Shown in pieces: positions 49,105 through 58,252 of a stretch of 64,000 bases of DNA. The first letter of the stretch is position 1; the number at the start of each line of letters is the position of its first letter. A program made the position numbers and the translations under genes. A model generated the notes under the pieces. The model made no database searches. It worked only from the letters and a program-made list of their open reading frames with translations, and was not told where the DNA came from. This DNA comes from Candidatus Latescibacterota bacterium (lineage in GTDB: Bacteria > Latescibacterota > UBA2968 > GCA-2709665): contig OZ242358.1 in assembly GCA_965208835.1 (NCBI GenBank), positions 4,640,001 to 4,704,000 on the forward strand, in the 5' to 3' direction.

Positions 49105-50202
49105 TCAGGCGGTCCTCCCGGTTTGAAGATATGCCTTTAGTTCGCATGGGTCCATCCCGGCGATACCAAGATCACTCACGTCTCTGCCTGAAGTCCAGCC
49201 GTCATCTCCGATGACGATAGATCCGATGTCGACCATCGCGCGAATGGTGGGTGCGGGTACATTGTACTGTGTACCGACCGAGTGCCACGCCGCCAGTCCA
49301 TAGGGAATGTCTTCCGTGAGCCAACGGCTGTCCATGGACCCCGGCGCTTTAAGCCTGGTGAGCATGTAACTGCCGTTAATGGTAGCCCAGAGATCTCCTT
49401 CCGGTCCGAAGCCGGCGCGATGAAAGGCGACATTCGCCGGGCACAGGTTGTAACCGAGTTGACTGGCAATCGCGCGGCGTTCACCGTCTACCTGCATGAT
49501 CACTCTGGCCACGGTTGGCGTGACGCCCTCTTCGTAAAAGTAAAACTCGCCGTGTGAATATTCCACGCGGCCGGCGTTAAGCAGGACGCCGGCGGGATGA
49601 ACCACAGGGTTCATTGCGGCCAGGCCGCAGGCCATCACGTCAGGATATCCCGTTATGCCCGGAAAGAGGGTATCCAGCCGTTCGCGCACGTGTTCGAATT
49701 CGCAGGCAGGAAAGACACCCAGGCCCATGCCTGTGACGATTCCCCAAATGGTTGCCGTGTCCGGCGCCGTCTTTCTGCAAACGAAAGGCGCTGTGTCCAC
49801 TTCGGCGAGAACGACGCCCCCGGTGCCGGCTTCCCTGAGGAGACGCGCCCATTCGAGGGTACCGAGGGTGCCGGGCATGATGACGACGGTCTGATCCGGT
49901 CGCAGGTGCGGCGCACAGACTTCGGCAAAGGGTTTGTGCGCATACGCAGGTACGATGAGCAGGATGATATCCGGCGATTCAAGTGCCTCCTCGACATCGG
50001 TGGTGATGCAATGGATCCTGGCCGCACCCTGTCCACCTGCACCGAGCAGATGGATGATGCCGTCGTCCACAACCGGATCCAGAGACTCCTTGAAACCGGG
50101 AATCTCATAGAGCGTAATCTGAAAACCCTTCAGACTGAGGTTGGCGGCCACGGCAAAAGCTGTGTTTCCACCACCAAGAACGGTTATGTTCTTCAGGGAC
50201 AT
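49105..50202 (-). CDS. NAD/NADP octopine/nopaline (opine) dehydrogenase family protein
   Basis: VLGGGN, NPVVHP, FYFYEEGVTP, DGERRAI, RWLTEDIPYGL. Confidence 0.88.
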   Translation of the reverse strand: MSLKNITVLGGGNTAFAVAANLSLKGFQITLYEIPGFKESLDPVVDDGIIHLLGAGGQGAARIHCITTDVEEALESPDIILLIVPAYAHKPFAEVCAPHLRPDQTVVIMPGTLGTLEWARLLREAGTGGVVLAEVDTAPFVCRKTAPDTATIWGIVTGMGLGVFPACEFEHVRERLDTLFPGITGYPDVMACGLAAMNPVVHPAGVLLNAGRVEYSHGEFYFYEEGVTPTVARVIMQVDGERRAIASQLGYNLCPANVAFHRAGFGPEGDLWATINGSYMLTRLKAPGSMDSRWLTEDIPYGLAAWHSVGTQYNVPAPTIRAMVDIGSIVIGDDGWTSGRDVSDLGIAGMDPCELKAYLQTGRTA

Positions 50203-50222
50203 TTCAAACGCCTCTCAGGTAA

Positions 50223-50384
50223 GAAGCTGTCTTAAAATTCCCAGCGGTCTTCGCGCGGCTGCAAAAGCGCCGGTCGGCGTTGGTCAAACCCACCCGTATA
50301 GACAAATATGGGAGGGTTTTCCCGCCTTGACCGCCACTTTTTCGCTCGCGCTCGGGAACTCTCTGGTAATCTTAAAACAGCTTC
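50223..50384. mobile_element. MITE-like element family A, copy A4 (full length)
   Basis: TIRs GAAGCTGTCTTAA / TTAAAACAGCTTC; flanks TAA/TGA. Confidence 0.87.
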
Positions 50385-50579
50385 TGAACAAACGCGTCGC
50401 GTAAATGGATTTTCCTATTGATTCGGATTCGGACTCGCGAACCGGCTTCTGTCCACTTCAGGCACCAATATAAACCCCCCGCAGTACTGGGACAAGACCG
50501 GATTCGTTGAGTTCGCGCGGCCGGATTGATCGATCTGCCGGCGCATGCCCCGCGACCGCTCAACACGAGGAGGAACGCA

Positions 50580-51089
50580 TTGCCCTATCAGGACCATAAA
50601 AAGCAGGCAGAGGGCGCCGTATGCTGTGCCGTACTCACCATCAGCGACACACGGACCGAAGCCGACGACAGGAGCGGCCGGATAATCAGGGATCTTCTCG
50701 AGGCGGGTGGCCACACGACCGGCTTCTACCAGGTGGTCCCCGACGATCCTGCCCGCATTCGTGACCTTGTCATGCGGATTATCGAAAAAGGCGACTGCCA
50801 GGCGATTCTGACGAGCGGCGGCACGGGTATCGCCGCCAGGGACACGACCTACGAAGCCGTGACGGGCCTGCTTGAAAAGCGGCTGGACGGGTTCGGCGAA
50901 CTCTTCCGTTTCCTGAGCTGGGATGACATCGGCTCCGGCGCCATGCTCTCGCGCGCCGTGGCCGGCGTCTACCGCGACACGATGATATTCTGCATGCCCG
51001 GATCTTCCGGCGCCGTCCGCCTCGCAATGGAAAAACTGATCGTTCCCGAACTGTCACACCTTGTGTGGGAAATCTGGCGTCAGAAGTAG
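50580..51089 (+). CDS. moaB: Molybdenum cofactor biosynthesis protein MoaB/Mog family
   Basis: LTISDTR...DRSG, VPDD, TSGGTGIAARDTT, GFGELFR, AMLSRA, PGS; TTG start after GAGGAGG. Confidence 0.9.
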   Translation: MPYQDHKKQAEGAVCCAVLTISDTRTEADDRSGRIIRDLLEAGGHTTGFYQVVPDDPARIRDLVMRIIEKGDCQAILTSGGTGIAARDTTYEAVTGLLEKRLDGFGELFRFLSWDDIGSGAMLSRAVAGVYRDTMIFCMPGSSGAVRLAMEKLIVPELSHLVWEIWRQK

Positions 51090-51252
51090 CCTTCGATCCG
51101 TCGGTCAGCCTGGAGCCCGCAGTAGCCCCGTCGAAATCCTCACATAAACCGGGGAAATCGGGAATCGGGGATATGGACTGTCGCACCCGCATTCGACCAG
51201 CCGAAGGGCAAGGCCGTGAACACGGGAACCGCGTTTGAATCCGTTCCCATAG

Positions 51253-51293
51253 GCGTTTTGTCCTTAAGATGAGATATTTCAGGGACAGGACAC
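51253..51293. mobile_element. MITE-like family C minimal remnant C4 (little more than two ends)
   Basis: TGAGATATTTCAGGGACAGGACAC matches the C1 right end; degenerate left arm GCGTTTTGTCCTTAA. Confidence 0.55.
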
Positions 51294-51309
51294 TGAATCC
51301 GGAGGGACA

Positions 51310-52260
51310 ATGCCAAGGGTGGGGCTGATCGCGCATCCAGACTTTTCACGGCATGACACCGGCTTCGGACACCCGGAACGACCCGGGAGGCTCCACGCCA
51401 TCCGGAGCCGGCTGGAAGAGACTGGTCTCGGAAACCGGCTGCTCGACATTGCGCCCAGAATGCTCGAACCTGACTGGCTGGAAAAAGTCCATACTTCCCG
51501 GCATATCGCGGATGTACAACGCCGGTGCGAGCAAAACACGCGCCTCATGGACGCGGGGGACACCTTTATCTGTCCTGCATCCTTCGAAGTTGGCCGCCTG
51601 GCGGCTGGGGCGGCCTGCGAGGCGGCGGACGCCGTCATGGATGACCGTGCAGACGCCGTATTCTGTGCCACACGTCCACCGGGCCACCATGCGGAACGGG
51701 ATAATGCGATGGGCTTCTGCCTTTTCAACAACGCGGCCGTTGCCGCCCGATACATCCAGGCCGCCCATCGGCTGGAGCGAATCCTCATCGTGGACTGGGA
51801 CGTACATCACGGAAACGGTACGCAGCACATCTTCGAGGAAGACCCCACGGTTTTCTATTTCAGTGCCCATCAGTACCCGCACTATCCGTGGTTCAGCGGC
51901 AGCAGCGAAGAAACGGGAATCGGCGCCGGAACGGGAACGAACCTGAACGCGCCCCTGCCCGCGGGCGCGGGGGACGAACAATTCCTTCGTGCATTCGACG
52001 AACTCCTGGTGCCCGAAATGGAACGTTTCCAGCCGGAATTCGTCATCGTCTCAGCCGGTTTCGACGCGCACGTCGACGACCCTCTTTCCGGTACCAGCGT
52101 CACGGAGGACGGATTCGCCGGAATGACGCGAAGGGCCCTTCAAATCGCAAGGCTGTACGCAAACGATCGCTTCATCTCGGTTTTGGAAGGCGGTTACGAC
52201 CTCAGCGGCCTCGCCCGTTGCGTCGAATACCATTTGAGCGCCCTGTTGGATAGCGGTTAG
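51310..52260 (+). CDS. Histone-deacetylase-family (zinc-dependent) amidohydrolase
   Basis: HPERPGRL, RPPGHHA, GFCLFNN, DWDVHHGNGT, SAGFDAH, LEGGY. Confidence 0.95.
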   Translation: MPRVGLIAHPDFSRHDTGFGHPERPGRLHAIRSRLEETGLGNRLLDIAPRMLEPDWLEKVHTSRHIADVQRRCEQNTRLMDAGDTFICPASFEVGRLAAGAACEAADAVMDDRADAVFCATRPPGHHAERDNAMGFCLFNNAAVAARYIQAAHRLERILIVDWDVHHGNGTQHIFEEDPTVFYFSAHQYPHYPWFSGSSEETGIGAGTGTNLNAPLPAGAGDEQFLRAFDELLVPEMERFQPEFVIVSAGFDAHVDDPLSGTSVTEDGFAGMTRRALQIARLYANDRFISVLEGGYDLSGLARCVEYHLSALLDSG

Positions 52261-52396
52261 CGCACAACCGCGGTCATGCTTCCGGACTCCGGACGCCGGC
52301 CGCCGGAACCTTTGACACAATCCGGTCGTCTACCCCTCGGATACCCCACTTCGGCCTACACGCACCGTATGCGTCGATTCCGTTCATGGAGGAAAA

Positions 52397-53266
52397 GTGA
52401 GTTCTAGAGATCCCGTCGTCGCATTCCAGGGTGAAATGGGCGCATTCAGCGAAATGGCCGCCCGCAGTTATTTCTGTGAGCAGGTTTGCGTGGTCCCGCA
52501 GGCCGATTTCGAAGGTCTCTTCAACGCCGTCTCCGGCGGTGTCTGCTCGCACGGCATGGTACCCATTGAGAATTCCCTCATGGGGAGCATTCACGAGAAC
52601 TACGATCTGCTCCTCCGGCAGGAACTGTACATCGTCGGCGAAATCAAGCTGCGAATCGTGCACAACCTTATTGTAAATCCGGGTGTCAGGATGGAAGACG
52701 TGAGGCAGATCTACTCACAGGCGCCTGCGCTCGCGCAGTGTACCGAGTTCATTCGATCCACCGCGGGCGTGGAAGCCGTGGTCGCGAACGACACGGCAGG
52801 CGCCGTCAAACAGATCAAGGAAGAGAACGCGAGAGATGCCGCCGCCATTGCCAGCGCACAGGCGGCCGTCGACTACGATCTGGAGATTCTCCGGGAAGGC
52901 CTCGAAAACGACCACCGGAATTATACCCGGTTTCTGGTCGTGGCCTCCGAACCCGCTGATCCTGTCGATCCCGCCAAAACCACCGTCGTCTATACCCTGG
53001 ATCACATCCCCGGAGCCCTGTTTAAAAGCCTGGGCGTATTTGCAATGCGGGATATCAACCTCCTCAAGATCGAATCGCGCCCCTTGAGCGGTCGACCCTG
53101 GGAATACGTCTTCTACCTGGATTTCGAAGGTCACATGTCCAGTGAAGAATGCCGGCAGGCGGTTGATCACCTTGAAAAAATGGCCAGCTTTCTCAAGATC
53201 CTCGGATCCTATGCGCTGGGCAAGACGGTCGAAGGCCGTTTGCGGGAGAAGAGGGTGGCCCCATGA
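52397..53266 (+). CDS. pheA: Prephenate dehydratase (with ACT domain)
   Basis: FQGEMGAFSE, PIENS, NYTRF, PGALF, LLKIESRP, YVFYLD. Confidence 0.95.
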   Translation: MSSRDPVVAFQGEMGAFSEMAARSYFCEQVCVVPQADFEGLFNAVSGGVCSHGMVPIENSLMGSIHENYDLLLRQELYIVGEIKLRIVHNLIVNPGVRMEDVRQIYSQAPALAQCTEFIRSTAGVEAVVANDTAGAVKQIKEENARDAAAIASAQAAVDYDLEILREGLENDHRNYTRFLVVASEPADPVDPAKTTVVYTLDHIPGALFKSLGVFAMRDINLLKIESRPLSGRPWEYVFYLDFEGHMSSEECRQAVDHLEKMASFLKILGSYALGKTVEGRLREKRVAP

Positions 53267-54432
53267 ATCTGGCGCACAGGATGGACAACCTCGGTACAGA
53301 GTCCGCTTTCGAAGTACTCGTGAAGGCGCGAGACCTCGAAGCCCGCGGCAGAGACGTAGTCCACCTTGAAATCGGCGAGCCCGATTTCGATACACCTGCC
53401 CACATCGTCAATGCGGCCGGACAGGCGCTTCGTTCGGGTTATACCCATTACGGTCCCCCGGTGGGTCTGCCGGAACTTCGCGAGGCCATCGCTGACGACG
53501 TCTCCCGGTTCCGTGGAATCCCGGTCAATCCGGATCAGGTTGTGGTCACCCCCGGCGCCAAACCGATTATGTTCTACGCCATTCTGGCCCTCGCGCAGGC
53601 GGGAGACGAGGTGATCTATCCCGATCCCGGATTTCCCATCTACGAGTCCGTAATCAGATTTGCGGGCGCCCGGCCGGTGCCCATTTCGCTCACGGAAGAA
53701 CGCGACTTCAGTCTCGACGTGAATGAACTTGCGGACCTGATCAACGACCGCACCCGGCTTCTCATCATCAATTCCCCGCAAAACCCCACCAGTGGAATCA
53801 TCCCTCCGGCAGACCTGAAGGCGATCGCGGATATCGTCGTGGACAAGGGAATCCCGGTACTCGCCGACGAGATCTACTCCCGGATCCTGTACGAAGGCGC
53901 ATTCCACAGTATCTCGGTGTACGACGGTATGCAGGACCAGACCATCATTCTGGATGGCTTCTCCAAGACGTACGCGATGACGGGATGGCGAATCGGGTAC
54001 GGTGTGATGCCGCAAAGTCTGGCGGAAAAGTTCGGACTCCTGATGGTCAACAGCAACTCCTGTACCGCGACGTTCACCCAAAGGGCCGCACTGGCCGCAC
54101 TTCAGGGCCCTCAGTATGACGTCCAGGCGATGGTGGCTGAATTCAAACGCCGGCGGGACATCTTCGTCACGGGACTCCGCGAAATCCCGGGCATTCGCTG
54201 CCCGCTCCCGGGTGGCGCGTTTTACCTCTTTCCGAATGTTTCGGACCTGGGACTCTCCTCTCAGGAATTCGCTGATTACCTTTTGTACGAAGGAAACGTC
54301 GCGGCTCTCTCCGGCCATGGCTTCGGCGCGTTCGGAGAAGGGCACATCCGCTTTTCCTTCGCCAATTCGGTCGAAAACATCCAAAAGGCGCTGAATCGTA
54401 TCGCGGTGTGCGTGCGGAACATCCGGCGATGA
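53263..54432 (+). CDS. Class I/II PLP aminotransferase (aspartate/aromatic type)
   Basis: IGEPDFDTP, NSPQNPT, DEIY, GFSKTYAMTGWRIG, GAFY; ATGA overlap with pheA. Confidence 0.93.
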   Translation: MNLAHRMDNLGTESAFEVLVKARDLEARGRDVVHLEIGEPDFDTPAHIVNAAGQALRSGYTHYGPPVGLPELREAIADDVSRFRGIPVNPDQVVVTPGAKPIMFYAILALAQAGDEVIYPDPGFPIYESVIRFAGARPVPISLTEERDFSLDVNELADLINDRTRLLIINSPQNPTSGIIPPADLKAIADIVVDKGIPVLADEIYSRILYEGAFHSISVYDGMQDQTIILDGFSKTYAMTGWRIGYGVMPQSLAEKFGLLMVNSNSCTATFTQRAALAALQGPQYDVQAMVAEFKRRRDIFVTGLREIPGIRCPLPGGAFYLFPNVSDLGLSSQEFADYLLYEGNVAALSGHGFGAFGEGHIRFSFANSVENIQKALNRIAVCVRNIRR

Positions 54433-54566
54433 CACGCGGCTCGTGACGGCCGTAAAATAACCCCGGTGAAGAATCGTCATCGGGGCATCTTGTATTCGAT
54501 GTGGAAGTGTCATTCAGACGCACGGAGGGCAGGATACCCCCCGCATAAGACTGACCTTCCCGCTTT

Positions 54567-56681
54567 CTACCACATCACGCGAAATGACGTGGCCGTACTC
54601 ACTTCCTGCCGGCTGTTCAAATCGAAAACTTTCACACGGAAATCCCTGGGGCCGGGAAACATCTCCAGTTTCAACACCTGGTATATCGGCTCCCAAGCCT
54701 GCGAACCCTTGTGGGTATAGGAGACCGCCGTTGTCCATTCCGGCTCCGCCTCCGCGTCGTCTTCCTTCAAGGTCCGGATCTGGTAGGTTACCTGATAGTT
54801 GGTTGCGCCGAAGCGGTCCTTCTGAAGGTTGTAGACTTCATAGTAGAAGTAAGCCTGTGCGCCCTGTCGATACTGTTTGAGCGGATTGGGCAGAATGAGA
54901 TACCGATCCCGTCCGTAAGGCGCCTGCTCCCTTTCGACGATCCTTCGCGCAAGCAACATGTCGCTCACGCTCAGCGAATCGTATCCAAATTCCCCAATCT
55001 GCAGGACGCTCCGGAACGTACCTATCGAATTTGTCTTCCTGTCCTCGGCCTCCGCCGCTATGAAATACTTCCCCGGCGACAACATCAGCTTCTCGCCGGT
55101 AAACAGATACCCTTCCCGGGTTGCTTCATACTGTACCCACGGCATGACATCAACCCTTCCGATATCCTTCCTCAGCGTATCCCAATCCGCGTCGAACAGG
55201 AACAGTCCCTGCCGGATTTCCACGGCCTGCGCCCCGGCCTGCACCTCTTTGTGTTGTACTTCCTCTCCAGGAAGCGCGTAGTATACCTCCACTCTGGCCT
55301 TGTCGCCTTCCCCGCGAAACCGGGCCATCTGGTACGGGGCATCGTAGCGCTCCCATTTGTATGGATCCTTATAGTACTCGGGCACCCTTGTCGTCAATGC
55401 CTCCAGATCCATCGGTCTCCTTCCCAACCAGCCCACGCGATAGCGCCAGGTATCCCGCGTATCCGTATTTGCAAATAACAGCCGAAACCCGCCGTAGTCC
55501 CACATCTCAAGACGGGGACGGTGTTTGAACGGCGTCGTCCCCTGCTGAGTCAGCCAGTACAGATGGTCCTGGTACCACGTCGGTTCATCCAGACCTGTAT
55601 CGATCTCGGGCGGGCGGACGCTTCTTGCCTCCGGACGTCCATAACGGATGTACGCCTGACCCTTGTCCGTCGTCCAGCCCGCTATTCCGCGTTCCGGATC
55701 TCCGAAACGAAGGTTGGCGTATGCCACCCTTCCACAGTGTTCCATCAGGCGCTCGTTAACCGGCGTGAGGAACAACGGATCGCGGCCGGTCCAGAATGCC
55801 CGCAACGCCTCTTCATCCGGGAGATCTTCGCCCGCCTCCATGCCCTGTTTGCCCACCAGCATGAATACCGACATCATGAACTGCTGTTCCCGCGCCGACA
55901 TCCGGCTTAATCCGTTCACGTAGGCCGGATAGGCGCGCTGGAGTTCTTCCTGCGCCTGGTATGCCAGTCCCAGGAAGAAATGGACGTCGGGATCGTCCGG
56001 GCGGCGCTTCAGGAAGTCCTCGAAAAGCACCGCCATCTTTTCCGGCATCAGGGCTTCGTAATACACCAGTCCCAGCAGCAGCAGCGAAGGTCTGTGCTCG
56101 GGATCGACATCCAGCGCCCTGGTCAGGTATCCGATCGCCTGGTCCCGGTCCTTCTCCCCGAATCTTTCCAGACTGAACGATCTCATTCGCCGATTGCCCA
56201 GGTCATCGTATTGATAATCGATGCGCTCGCTTTCGAGGTAACGCGACATCTGCCACGCCGCGTACCGGCCGGCCAGGTACAAGGCGCCGACGTGGTTCGG
56301 GTTCATGTCAATTGCCTTTTTCGCATTCTTGTAGGCGTGGCCTCTTCTGCCCAGCGCCCACAATACCCTCGCATATTCGATTCGAAAGTCGATATTCGAC
56401 TTGTCTTTCCGCATCGCCCGTTGCAGCCACGTCGAGGCCTGTCTGCGCGTACCCTGCGTGCTTTCATCGCTGTAGAGCCGGGCGAGTTCGTACATTGCCC
56501 ATCCTGTGTCATCGAACCGGATCGCCTCTTTCAAAAGTCTGGTGCGTTTCCCGTATTCGACGGTTGTATCCGACGCCGCCGCAAGGAGCGAGTCCACACG
56601 CATCGAAACCGCCCGTGCGGCTTCGACGTGCGCCGCACAGACCGGAATGGCTGCCAGAATCACAAGAAGCATTGCCCGCAT
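54567..56681 (-). CDS. Secreted TPR + GWxTD domain protein
   Basis: Signal peptide, TPR-like helices, FWTGRDP...NE...H..R..YA..F...GWTTDKG..YIRYGRP, YYEVYNL. Confidence 0.88.
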   Translation of the reverse strand: MRAMLLVILAAIPVCAAHVEAARAVSMRVDSLLAAASDTTVEYGKRTRLLKEAIRFDDTGWAMYELARLYSDESTQGTRRQASTWLQRAMRKDKSNIDFRIEYARVLWALGRRGHAYKNAKKAIDMNPNHVGALYLAGRYAAWQMSRYLESERIDYQYDDLGNRRMRSFSLERFGEKDRDQAIGYLTRALDVDPEHRPSLLLLGLVYYEALMPEKMAVLFEDFLKRRPDDPDVHFFLGLAYQAQEELQRAYPAYVNGLSRMSAREQQFMMSVFMLVGKQGMEAGEDLPDEEALRAFWTGRDPLFLTPVNERLMEHCGRVAYANLRFGDPERGIAGWTTDKGQAYIRYGRPEARSVRPPEIDTGLDEPTWYQDHLYWLTQQGTTPFKHRPRLEMWDYGGFRLLFANTDTRDTWRYRVGWLGRRPMDLEALTTRVPEYYKDPYKWERYDAPYQMARFRGEGDKARVEVYYALPGEEVQHKEVQAGAQAVEIRQGLFLFDADWDTLRKDIGRVDVMPWVQYEATREGYLFTGEKLMLSPGKYFIAAEAEDRKTNSIGTFRSVLQIGEFGYDSLSVSDMLLARRIVEREQAPYGRDRYLILPNPLKQYRQGAQAYFYYEVYNLQKDRFGATNYQVTYQIRTLKEDDAEAEPEWTTAVSYTHKGSQAWEPIYQVLKLEMFPGPRDFRVKVFDLNSRQEVSTATSFRVMW

Positions 56682-56726
56682 ACGCCCTCCAGTTACACGT
56701 GACGTCAAGTATCCCGACACCTTTAC

Positions 56727-56887
56727 GAAGCTGTCTTAAAACCCCCAGCGGTCTTCGCGCGGCTGCAAACGCGTCGGTCTGCGTTGGTCAAATCCACCCG
56801 TATACCCAAATATGGGCGAATTTGTCCGCCTTGACCGACACATTTTCGCGCGCGCTCGGGACTCACCAGGAATTTTAAAACTGCTTC
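56727..56887. mobile_element. MITE-like element family A, copy A5 (full length)
   Basis: TIRs GAAGCTGTCTTAAAA / TTTTAAAACTGCTTC; colinear with A4; flanks TAC/TAA. Confidence 0.85.
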
Positions 56888-56909
56888 TAACATCGCCACA
56901 AATGGCAGT

Positions 56910-56938
56910 TTGACAATGAAATAAATGCCCGGTATCAT
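56910..56938 (+). promoter_or_regulatory. sigma70-like promoter
   Basis: TTGACA-17 nt-TATCAT. Confidence 0.65.
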
Positions 56939-57118
56939 GTATACGAACGATCGGCGGAAAAGTTCTCCGGTCCTGCCATCAGCCCGATATGCAAACTGAA
57001 AGAACGTGGATCGGCTTTCGTATTGCTGCGGGCCGAAGACGGGAATGCATCTCCGGTGCGGAGCCGCATATCGACGATCACGTTTAGACTCTTGGCAGCG
57101 CGATTCCTGGAGATTTCG

Positions 57119-58189
57119 ATGGCGAACCCTTACAGTCGACCAGCTGAAACCGTCAGCCGCTGGATCAGCGACCGTCAGCGCCTGCTTCGAAACGAGACTG
57201 AAGACCATCTCCGCAACGAAGTCCTGAACTATGGCCCGCGGCAGGCCGCGCACTGGAACCGGGACTACGGCTCGGTCGAGGCCTTCGAGCGTTCGGTCGA
57301 AACCAACCGCCGCCGCTGGCGGGAAACGATCGGCATCTTCGAGTTCGACGGCACCCCGCTCGAACCGGTGCTGGATCCGTGGTACGAAAACGACAGGTTC
57401 ACGGCCTGGTGGATTACCATCGGATTGCTGGGCAACCTGAGAGGCCGCGGTATACTCGCCCTGCCCAAGGGCGCGGATGGTCCCGCACCGCTTGTCATCG
57501 CCCAGCACGGTATCGGGTCGTCGCCCGAAAAGGCATTCGGCCTGGATGACCCGAACGATACCTACAAATCCTACGCCCGTCGCCTCGCGGAAGAAGGTTT
57601 CGCGGTGATCGCTCCGATGAATATCACGGGCGGCCCTGCCCGGGCGCGTCAGGAACGCCTCTGCAAGCTCCTTGGCAAAACCCTGTGGGGTCTCGAGATC
57701 TTCCGTACGCAACGGCTTCTGGACTACCTTGAGACCCGCCCCGAAATCGATATCGAACGCACCGCCATGTATGGAATCAGCCTCGGGGGCGCCTACACCA
57801 TGTTCACGACTCCGGTCGAACCCCGCATCCGGGCCGCCGTGGTATGCGCCTGGTTCAACCACAGGCGAAACAAAATGGCCGTGGACGACCCAAGGTACAG
57901 CTGCTTTCTTTCCGTCAACGAGGAGCACGTCTGGATTCCCGGCTGGCTGAGCGCGTTCACCGACAGTGACCTCGTTTCGCTCATCTGTCCCCGTCCCCTG
58001 CTGGTTGAGCAGGGCAAGGCCGACGGAATCGCCTGGTGGCCCATGATGCTCGATGAGTATCACCAGGCCTGCGAACACTACGCCAAACTCGGATTATCCG
58101 AGAATATCGAGATTGATCTTCACGAAGGCGGCCACGAGATCCGGCTCGACAAGAGCCTTCAGTTCCTCAGGAAATGGTTGACGCCATAG
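57119..58189 (+). CDS. Alpha/beta hydrolase (dienelactone hydrolase / acetylxylan esterase-like)
   Basis: AQHG, YGISLGG nucleophile elbow, LICPRPLL, EGGHE. Confidence 0.87.
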   Translation: MANPYSRPAETVSRWISDRQRLLRNETEDHLRNEVLNYGPRQAAHWNRDYGSVEAFERSVETNRRRWRETIGIFEFDGTPLEPVLDPWYENDRFTAWWITIGLLGNLRGRGILALPKGADGPAPLVIAQHGIGSSPEKAFGLDDPNDTYKSYARRLAEEGFAVIAPMNITGGPARARQERLCKLLGKTLWGLEIFRTQRLLDYLETRPEIDIERTAMYGISLGGAYTMFTTPVEPRIRAAVVCAWFNHRRNKMAVDDPRYSCFLSVNEEHVWIPGWLSAFTDSDLVSLICPRPLLVEQGKADGIAWWPMMLDEYHQACEHYAKLGLSENIEIDLHEGGHEIRLDKSLQFLRKWLTP

Positions 58190-58252
58190 AAGGTTACCTG
58201 CGGATTGTCGGAGGCTTGACATGACAAAATACATTACAGGAAGGGAATTAAC

